From Haloferax volcanii DS2 (lineage in GTDB: Archaea; Halobacteriota; Halobacteria; Halobacteriales; Haloferacaceae): a DNA stretch of 32,000 bases. The position numbers and the translations under genes are program-made. Position 1 is the stretch's first letter. Every line of letters begins with the position of its first letter. The notes below the pieces were generated by a model that searched no databases, was not told where the DNA came from, and saw only the letters and a list, made by a program, of their open reading frames with translations. Where the stretch lies: contig NC_013964.1 in assembly GCF_000025685.1 (NCBI RefSeq), positions 180,001-212,000 on the forward strand, read 5' to 3'. Of the stretch, positions 16,588 through 23,411 are shown piece by piece.

Positions 16588-17886
16588 ATGAGCGAACACG
16601 AACCGACGAACCACGAACCGGCGAACGACGAGCCAGACACCGAGCCCGAGCTTCGAGACCGCGCCGAATCGGCGCTCCGAGCCGTCCGAGACCCCGATGC
16701 CGACCTCGACGTTTTCGAGGCCGGACTGGTCGAATCGATAACCGTCGACGGGGCGAGCGTGACCGTCCGCGCGGCCGTGACGGAGTTCGACGACGCGAAC
16801 GCGACGCAGGTCATGCGCGCGATGGCGCAGGCGGTCCGCGACGTACCCGCGGTCGAGAGTGCGCACGTCGAACCCGTCTCGCCGTCGTCCGGCGGCGGTG
16901 CAACGGGCGTGGACGCGTTCGATACCGTCATCGCCGTCGCCAGTGCCAAGGGCGGCGTCGGGAAGTCGACCGTCTCGACCGGCTTGGCGTGCGCACTCGC
17001 CGGCGAGCACTCAGCCGGGCTGTTCGACGCGGACATCCACGGCCCGAACGTCCCGTCATTGCTCGACGTCGAAGGTCCCGTCCACTCGGACGACGAGGGC
17101 CACCCGCTTCCCGTCTCGGTGGCGGGGCCCGACGCCTCGCTCGACGTAATGAGCGTCGGATTGATGGAGTCGGGCGCGCCGCTGGCGTGGCGGGGCGCGA
17201 TGGCGCACGACGCGCTGACCGAACTGTTCGCGGACACCGCTTGGAGCGCCGACGACACGCTCGTCTTGGACCTTCCGCCGGGGACCGGCGACGTGGTTCT
17301 GACGACGCTTCAAGAGATTTCCGTCGACGGCGTCGTCGTTGTGACGACGCCCTTCGAGTCGAGCCTGGAGGACACGGCGCGGAGCATCGAACTCTTCCGG
17401 GACAACGAGGTTCCGGTTCTCGGGGCGGTCGTCAATATGCGCGAGTTCGCCTGCCCCTCCTGCGGCGACACTCACCGGCTCTTTCCCGGTGAGGCCGCCA
17501 GCGAACGGCTTGACGCGACGGTGCTCGCCGAGCTACCGTTCTCCCCGCAGTTTCAGGAGACGCCCGCGCCCGGCGACGCCGCACCGGCGTTCGAGACACT
17601 CGCGGAGTCGGTCTCCGAGGCGGCGGCGACCGCGTGGGATGTCGACGCTCCCGACGGCGCACTCGACATCCGCGGGGACCCGCCGGAACGACGGAAGGAG
17701 CGGGTCGCAGAACGGTTCACCGCGCTGGCGAGCGGCGAAACGTTCGCACTCGTCAGCGACCGCGACCCGACGCCAGTCCGGCGGTTCCTCGGCGGGCTGA
17801 CCGACCGCGCCCCCGCGGAAATCGACGGGTTCAGCGTCGAACGCCGAACGCCGAACGACTGGCTGTTGACTGCGACGAAACCGTAA
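16588..17886 (+). CDS. Fe-S cluster carrier ATPase fusion: DUF59-like N-domain + Mrp/ApbC/NBP35 P-loop + DUF2249-like C-domain
   Basis: Internal ATG at 16588 of track ORF 16369..17886, 2 nt after the previous stop. N-domain LRAVRDPDADLDVFEAGLVESITVDG. Deviant Walker A VASAKGGVGKST. Walker B LVLDLPPGTGD. CPSCG cluster-bridging motif. The C-terminal LDIRGDPPERRKERVAERFTALASGETFALVSDRDPTPV...WLLTATK matches my memory of the DUF2249 consensus. Confidence 0.85.
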   Translation: MSEHEPTNHEPANDEPDTEPELRDRAESALRAVRDPDADLDVFEAGLVESITVDGASVTVRAAVTEFDDANATQVMRAMAQAVRDVPAVESAHVEPVSPSSGGGATGVDAFDTVIAVASAKGGVGKSTVSTGLACALAGEHSAGLFDADIHGPNVPSLLDVEGPVHSDDEGHPLPVSVAGPDASLDVMSVGLMESGAPLAWRGAMAHDALTELFADTAWSADDTLVLDLPPGTGDVVLTTLQEISVDGVVVVTTPFESSLEDTARSIELFRDNEVPVLGAVVNMREFACPSCGDTHRLFPGEAASERLDATVLAELPFSPQFQETPAPGDAAPAFETLAESVSEAAATAWDVDAPDGALDIRGDPPERRKERVAERFTALASGETFALVSDRDPTPVRRFLGGLTDRAPAEIDGFSVERRTPNDWLLTATKP

Positions 17887-18162
17887 GCGAGAGCCGATGG
17901 AACGACAGCCACCGGTGACCGGTATCGCGCTCGTCGCCGGCCTCTGTGCCGCGCTCGACGCGGAGAGGTGGATGACACACGCCCTGACCGGCATCCCCAG
18001 AACGTGGCCCATTTCCGTGTCTCGGAATCTATCCGGCTCCGACGAGTCCTCAGGCCCTCCGGTCCGACGAGGTACGAACCGGACGCGGGGGCCGTGTGTC
18101 TCCTCGAACTGACGCCAGTGACTGGTCGTGGCTTTTACCCGCGTCGAGACGCCACCCCCGCT

Positions 18163-18486
18163 ATGGAACTTCAGATTACCGAGCTGGAGGACCTCGAGGA
18201 GAGAGTCGGGAACGCGCCCACTCGAATCGGTGAACTGCAAGCGGGCACCCGAGTCCAGTCGGACACCTTCTTCTCGCAGTCGTTCATGCGCGACCACACC
18301 GAGTTCGACTCGTTCGCCGGGTTCTGTGAGCAGAGTCCGTGGGAATTCGACGACATCGACGACGCCCGAGACATCTCGCGTGACCGCCTCAACGAGTATA
18401 TCGTCGCCACGACCGATTTCGAGACGTGGGAGGGGATGAAAACGCAGGCCGCGGAGGAAGAGATTATCGACCAACTCGTCTCCTGA
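18163..18486 (+). CDS. small acidic hypothetical protein (107 aa)
   Basis: Internal ATG of track ORF 17968..18486. Translation MELQITELEDLEERVG...FMRDHTEFDSFAGFCEQSPWEFDDIDD...ETWEGMKTQAAEEEIIDQLVS. Composition is typical of haloarchaeal cytoplasmic proteins. The upstream part of the ORF is basic and atypical. Confidence 0.6.
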   Translation: MELQITELEDLEERVGNAPTRIGELQAGTRVQSDTFFSQSFMRDHTEFDSFAGFCEQSPWEFDDIDDARDISRDRLNEYIVATTDFETWEGMKTQAAEEEIIDQLVS

Positions 18487-19343
18487 CTACCCCACGACCG
18501 GGGCCGCGTTCAACAGGAGGTACAGGCCGTAGCTGATGACGCCCGCGCCCAGCATCGACCCGACCCACGACCCGATCGTGATGCCGACTTTCCGCGGTGA
18601 GACGCCGCTTCCGCCCGACGAACTGGCGGCGAGTCCGCTTCCGACGATACTCGCAATCATCACTTTGTTGAACGAGATTGGAATCCCAAGGACAATCGCG
18701 AGCTGTGCGATCAGAAAGGCGGGAATCAGGGCGGCTATCGACCGCCTCGGCCCGAGCGACGCGTATTCGTTCGAGACGGCTTGAACGAGTCGTGGCCCTC
18801 GAATCCACGCCCCGAGGAGGATGCCGCCGCCACCCAGCGCGAGCAGGTAAATCGACGAGAGCTGGAGGTCAGTCTCGAACACGGCTTCCAGCGGACCGGT
18901 CGCCAGGCCGACTTGCGTGCCGCCGCTCGTGAACACGACGACGAGCCCCAGCGCGACGAGGAACTGATTGATGCCCGCGGTCTCGTCGCGGTGGAGCAAC
19001 GCCCGTGTCCCGACGAGCGCAACGAGCCCGCCGACCACGCGCACGACGACCATCCCGAGGGTGTACGAGCCGCCGACGACCGTCGGAAGGAACTGGTACG
19101 TGGTGGCGAGGTATCGGGCGACTGACCCCTGTGTACCGGCTGCGGTTGGAATGACCGTGAGCTGGATGTTGGCCAACGCGTAGCCGACCGCGCCACCGAG
19201 GACGGGAATCCCGACGGTTTCGGGGATGGCGTCGCTTCGAAGGCCGCGCGCGAGTCCGTACGCGAGACGCCCTCGACGAGCGGAATCGCGAACCAGGACC
19301 CGAGGATGACGACGTACTCGTCGACGGCGATGACCGACGCCAT
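18487..19343 (-). pseudogene. polytopic permease-like membrane gene with an apparent 1-nt frameshift (weak PiT-type anion-permease motifs)
   Basis: The 3' 690 nt form track ORF 18487..19176, which begins only at a TTG. The same frame stays protein-like upstream (RLAYGLARGLRSDAIPETVGIPVLGGAVGYA) but has no start codon there. A different frame supplies a plausible N-terminus from ATG 19343 (MASVIAVDEYVVILGSWFAIPLVEG). The total span of 857 nt is not a multiple of 3, and the frame switch lies near 19262-19275. Motifs FTSGGTQVGLATGP and LGIPISFNKVMIASIVGSGL loosely resemble PiT repeats. Confidence 0.5.
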
Positions 19344-20024
19344 GCTGTCAACGCTCCCTCCTCGGTCGCTGGCGGTGAGAGAGAGAGATTGCCACTGGCT
19401 ACAACGACGTATGCCCATGTATGAGAAAACCGTGGTAGGGGACGGATGAACCCTCCGAATTCGGGTATATCGACTGGTAATGAGCGAATCGTCTGGATAA
19501 CTAATGCAGTTCATAGCGGAACTGACCACGGCCGTCCGCGACGTGATTAGCGACCGATTGTATTGATTACTAATAGCAATATTACCGGCGGAGAAAAAGA
19601 TAAGTATAATCTGGAAAATCCAAATGTGTTGAATAATCTGAATAATGTAATATGGTTGTGTCTATCATCGGATTTAAGCTTATATTTTGTGCTGTTGAGG
19701 TACTACTGTATCGGGATATGAGATACTGATATATTCTCACTCCACCCGGCCTATATTAGAAGTGTTAGTTATCTACATGACTGGTGACAAACAGACTCCC
19801 GTAGTAACCCCGCCTCGGCGTTTCTCTCGGTGTCAGTCGTTGACGGACTCAGCGCGCTGCACCGTCGGTACACGACGAATCATCTCTCACGCCATCGACG
19901 ACGCTGGCCCGCACGGCAAAAGGAATACAATGGTACTACTACCAGCACGGGGAAAACGGAGGCAACGTCGTCGAGTTCCCCCACGTTCTCGGCCAAGAGT
20001 ACGACCTGAAGGGGTCGTTCAGGT

Positions 20025-20258
20025 TCAGTAACACGGACCCCATGGCCTCGACGGGGGACAGATAAATTCTATTAATGGTGGAATCACACCGAGAAATCGG
20101 TAGCTACCGCAGTCGACACCGTCGCACGTGGGTTTGACTCTCGCTGCCGTCGTACCGATGAAGACCGGCCGTGCATAACTGACCCACCCGTGTACCCCCT
20201 GCGTGGCTTCGGGCTGCTCCCCGAGTACTTCGTTTTCAGCGATTGTAATTACAGGCAT
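20025..20258 (-). CDS. small Cys-containing hypothetical protein (77 aa), downstream of the SMC-like gene
   Basis: Track ORF starting 42 nt after the sph-like stop: MPVITIAENEVLGEQPEATQGVHGWVSYARPVFIGTTAARVKPTCDGVDCGSYRFLGVIPPLIEFICPPSRPWGPCY. Third-position GC is lower than in its neighbours, and no family was recognised. Confidence 0.3.
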   Translation of the reverse strand: MPVITIAENEVLGEQPEATQGVHGWVSYARPVFIGTTAARVKPTCDGVDCGSYRFLGVIPPLIEFICPPSRPWGPCY

Positions 20259-20300
20259 ATGTCTGTCATGCCTAGCTCTTTTCGACCCGGCAGTTCAGAG

Positions 20301-22289
20301 TCACAGAGCCCGAAGTCGTCGGTACGACTCGGAGAGCGCTCGCGCGCTCTCGCCGGACACGTCAACGACGAGATAGTCGGTGTGCGGGCGGACGTAGTCG
20401 AGGAGTCGGCGGACGCGCTCGGCGTCGACGGCTTCCAGCGAGTCGAAAACGAGGAACGGAACGTCGTCGGACACCTCGTGGACGAGGTAGCCGGCGACGG
20501 CGAACACGAGGCCGACGAGTTCGCGCTCCGACTCCGAGAGGTGGTCGATAACGTCTTCGTAGGTCTTCCCGTCGTCGGTCCGGCGCTCGATGTGGAGAAC
20601 GAACCGTCCGGTCGAGAGCGCGTCGTCGCCGCCGTCTCCGTCGTTCCGGTGTTCGACCCAGACACGGGCGAGTCGGTCGTGTTCGAGGGCGTCGAGAACG
20701 TCCGCCATGCGGTCGTTGAACGCCGACACCGTCGCGCGTTCGAGCCGTTCGATGCGGTCTCGGAGGCCGTCGATTCGGTCGTCGATTTCATCCTTCCGTG
20801 TTTCGAAGTCCGTCCGTCGGTCGAGTTCGGCGTCGAGGGCTTCGAGTTCGTCGACGACGGCGTCGCGTTCCTCGCGCCGCCGTTCCAACTCGAATTCGAC
20901 GCGGTTGACCTCGCGGTGGGCGTCGAGGAGCGCGGCGCGGTCGCCCTCGCCCGCCTCGGCGTCCTCGGCGTCGCGTTGCAGGTCGACGATGTCCGATTCG
21001 ACATCGTCGCGTCGGGCTTGAAGGTCTTCGACGCGGGACCGACGCTCGGCGCGCTCGCGGCGTAACTCCTCGCGTCGGGTTTCGAGGTCCCGTCGTCGCT
21101 CTCGCAGGGCTTCGAGTTCCGACCGGCGTTCTTGGAGCCGTTCGATGCGGTCTGCGAGTTCGGCACGCTCCTCGCGGCGGTCGTCGCGGAGCGCTCGGAG
21201 TTGGTCGAGCGTCGATTCGATGCTCGCTTCGGGAACCGACGTTCCGCACGTCCAACAGACGACGCTGTCGCCGTCGTCCGACTCGCCGTCGCTTTCGTCG
21301 TTCTCGCTCTCGCTCTCGCGTTCGACCTCGCTCGCGGCGGCGACGGGCGATGTCTCCGACGTGAGGAACTGCTCGTTGAACTGGAGCGTCCGCTGCACGT
21401 CCGTGATGTCGGCATCCAGTCGTCGTTTTCGCGCCCGTGACTCCGCGAGTTCGGCGGTCAAGTCGTCGAGTTCGGCGGCCGGGTCGGCGGGACGCGAGTC
21501 CAGTTCCGATTCGATGTCGTCGATTTCTGCGTCGAGCGCGTCCAGCGACTCTCGCTCTGCTTCGAGTTCGAACTCAATGTCGTCGAGCGCCGCGTACAAC
21601 TCCCGTCGCCGGCCCTGTCGCGCCTCTGCATCGGACCCGTTAGCGTCGGGTTCGGGATTCGCCTCGGCGTCGGTGTCGCCGTCGACCGCCGCGGATTCGA
21701 TTCCGTCGAGGGTCGCCTGCCGGTCCGCTAACTCGGCCTCGAGTCGCTCGATAGTCGCGTCGAGTTCGTCGCGGCGGTCGCGGAGCCCCGGCCGCTCGGA
21801 TTCGAGCGCCGCGAGCGCCTCGATTCGGTCGTCCAACTCGGCGCGTTCGGCGCGGAGGTCAGCGATTTCCTCGTTGACGGCGTCGATGTCGACCGAATGC
21901 ACGACGAGTTTCCGCAGGTCGCGTTCGGCCGTGACCGCCTGTCGGGCCTCGTTCGAGCCGAGGAGGAAGGCGAACAGGTCGGCGGCCGCCGGGTCGTCGA
22001 GATACGGGTCGCCGGACGCGACGACCCGGTCGCCTTCTCCCGCGAACGTCCGCACGTACCGCTCGCCCTCGACGGCGAGTTCGACCCAACTGTCGTCGGT
22101 ATCGGCGTCGCAGTCGGGCGAGTGCTCGTCGCTTCCCAGCGCGGTCACGAGACCCCGAAGGAGCGACGTTCGGTCGGCGGCGTCCCCTGCCGTGAGGACG
22201 GTGACGCCGCGTTCGAACGCGACGGTGGTCTCGTCGAAGCCGCCGATTCCGGCGACGGTCAGGCGGGCCGGTCTGTTCGTCGTGGCCAT
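20301..22289 (-). CDS. archaea-specific SMC-related coiled-coil protein (Sph-like)
   Basis: Internal ATG at 22289 of track ORF 20301..22526; the 79-codon upstream extension is strongly basic and atypical. N-terminus MATTNRPARLTVAGIGGFDETTVAFERGVTVLTAGDAADRTSLLRGLVTALGSDE. Very long E/R/D/L-rich coiled coils are interrupted by VVCWTCGTSV (CxxC). C-terminal LSESERELVGLVFAVAGY and PFLVFDSLEAVD are ABC signature/Walker-B-like. Confidence 0.85.
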   Translation of the reverse strand: MATTNRPARLTVAGIGGFDETTVAFERGVTVLTAGDAADRTSLLRGLVTALGSDEHSPDCDADTDDSWVELAVEGERYVRTFAGEGDRVVASGDPYLDDPAAADLFAFLLGSNEARQAVTAERDLRKLVVHSVDIDAVNEEIADLRAERAELDDRIEALAALESERPGLRDRRDELDATIERLEAELADRQATLDGIESAAVDGDTDAEANPEPDANGSDAEARQGRRRELYAALDDIEFELEAERESLDALDAEIDDIESELDSRPADPAAELDDLTAELAESRARKRRLDADITDVQRTLQFNEQFLTSETSPVAAASEVERESESENDESDGESDDGDSVVCWTCGTSVPEASIESTLDQLRALRDDRREERAELADRIERLQERRSELEALRERRRDLETRREELRRERAERRSRVEDLQARRDDVESDIVDLQRDAEDAEAGEGDRAALLDAHREVNRVEFELERRREERDAVVDELEALDAELDRRTDFETRKDEIDDRIDGLRDRIERLERATVSAFNDRMADVLDALEHDRLARVWVEHRNDGDGGDDALSTGRFVLHIERRTDDGKTYEDVIDHLSESERELVGLVFAVAGYLVHEVSDDVPFLVFDSLEAVDAERVRRLLDYVRPHTDYLVVDVSGESARALSESYRRLRAL

Positions 22290-22340
22290 ACGGTGACCAC
22301 ACCGGGCCCCGTGAAAACAGTTGGTGACGAGTCCGAAATC

Positions 22341-22370
22341 CGTTCCATAGATATCTTTGGAACGTGTTTC
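22341..22370. repeat. 30-bp repeat, copy 1: palindrome GTTCCAtAGATATCTtTGGAAC followed by GTGTTTC
   Basis: cgttccatagatatctttggaacgtgtttc matches 22529-22558 at 27 of 30 positions. It lies 52-81 nt upstream of the sph-like ATG. Confidence 0.9.
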
Positions 22371-22528
22371 TCGCCCCGAGTTCGAATCCGCGTATCGGCG
22401 TCTTGAGACCGCGGTTTGAGCCGTCTCGGGAATCAATCGTCGATTCAGTCGTCGATTCGTCCGCGACGGCCTTCGTGCCATTCGTCTTTCTGCCTCGTAT
22501 CTCCGTCTGACGGCGGTGGCATACAACT

Positions 22529-22558
22529 CGTTCCACAGATATCGGTGGAACGTGTTTC
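22529..22558. repeat. 30-bp repeat, copy 2: palindrome GTTCCAcAGATATCggTGGAAC followed by GTGTTTC
   Basis: cgttccacagatatcggtggaacgtgtttc lies 188 bp from copy 1, in the same orientation. Confidence 0.9.
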
Positions 22559-22649
22559 GAACCGCGGCGGGCTTCGGAACGGCTTTCGAACTCGGGACCC
22601 AGTCGCTTCGGGATGCTCGATATCGGGGAGGACGATGCGCGAAGCGGCG

Positions 22650-23291
22650 TTAGTCGCAGTCGCAACCGCCGCGGTCGATGAGGGATTCGACGGTGTAGTG
22701 AGCGTTACAGTCCGGGCAGTGGACGCGAACGTCGACGTACACCTCGGCGGTCTCGGGATCGACGTCGAGTTCGTCGGCGGCCGCGAGGTCGGACAGCGAC
22801 TTCTCGGTGACGCGCTCGACGCGACCAAGCAGGCGTCGGATGGTTTCGGTGCGGTGCTCGCGGAGGTCGCCGTCGTCGCGGTCGGTCTCTGAGGGCGGCG
22901 TCACGCCGCGGTACGAGGTGAGATAGGTGCGCATCGCCCGATGCGAGACGAAGTCGGCCTCCAGTCGCTCGACGTCGACGCCGGTGCGTTCGAGTCGGTG
23001 GACCGCTTTCGTCCGCGCCCCGCTCGACACGTCGTCGTCGGTAAGCACGCGGTACAGGGTCTCGATTTCGCCGTCGAGGGCGCGCTCGTTTCGCCCGTCG
23101 AGCGCCGCGCGGAGGAGCCGACGGTTGAACGCGTCAGCGAGGTCGCGGAGGCTCGACCGCGCGCCCGCCTCAGCGGTCCAGCGGCGTTCGAGCTCCGCGC
23201 CGAAGCCGTCGAAGCCGCGCTCGCGGAGCAGTCGGCTGACCTTGCTCTCGGGGCCGCGTTTCCCGCCCGGGGAGTCGTGTGAATCGCTCAC
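22650..23291 (-). CDS. rdfA: RdfA-like protein (rod-determining factor family), C-terminal CxxC...CxC zinc-ribbon-like end
   Basis: Track ORF of 213 aa. KVSRLLRERGFDGFGAELERRWTAEAGARSSLRDLADAFNRRLLRAAL, EADFVSHRAMRTYL and the C-terminal VHCPDCNAHYTVESLIDRGGCDCD match my recollection of the haloarchaeal RdfA family. It lies immediately upstream of an SMC-like gene, as reported for the Haloferax volcanii locus. Confidence 0.7.
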   Translation of the reverse strand: MSDSHDSPGGKRGPESKVSRLLRERGFDGFGAELERRWTAEAGARSSLRDLADAFNRRLLRAALDGRNERALDGEIETLYRVLTDDDVSSGARTKAVHRLERTGVDVERLEADFVSHRAMRTYLTSYRGVTPPSETDRDDGDLREHRTETIRRLLGRVERVTEKSLSDLAAADELDVDPETAEVYVDVRVHCPDCNAHYTVESLIDRGGCDCD

Positions 23292-23411
23292 TACCGACTG
23301 CTATTCGGTGCGTGCACATATGCTTGACGCGGGGGGAGACGTGGTTCCGGGCGAGGGTGCGAAGGTGGAGACAGAGGACGGCGGGTGCAAACGAGAAGCC
23401 GAGACGGAGCC

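Noticed and set aside
19560-19760. AT-rich stretch as a replication origin unwinding element; likewise the TTCCA/TGGAA palindromes at 22341 and 22529 as origin-recognition boxes
   Set aside because: No orc1/cdc6 gene is in the window and no inverted ORB-type repeats flank the AT-rich stretch. The palindromes have 10-nt spacing rather than the compact ORB dyad, and they lack an adjacent G-string. This remains only a remote possibility.
22374-22392. tRNA-like T-loop sequence GAGTTCGAATCCGCG, which could mark a tRNA or an integration att site
   Set aside because: The flanking bases do not form a 5-bp T-stem (CCGAG versus CCGCG are not complementary). I could not build an acceptor, D or anticodon arm on either strand. 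GTTCGAA recurs several times in this spacer as part of the local repeat structure.
22290-22526. 79-codon N-terminal extension of the SMC-like ORF (track start at 22526)
   Set aside because: The extension (MYATAVRRRYEAERRMARRPSRTNRRLNRRL...) is highly basic and runs across the palindromic repeats. The family-typical N-terminus (LTVAGIGGFDETTV) begins right after ATG 22289.
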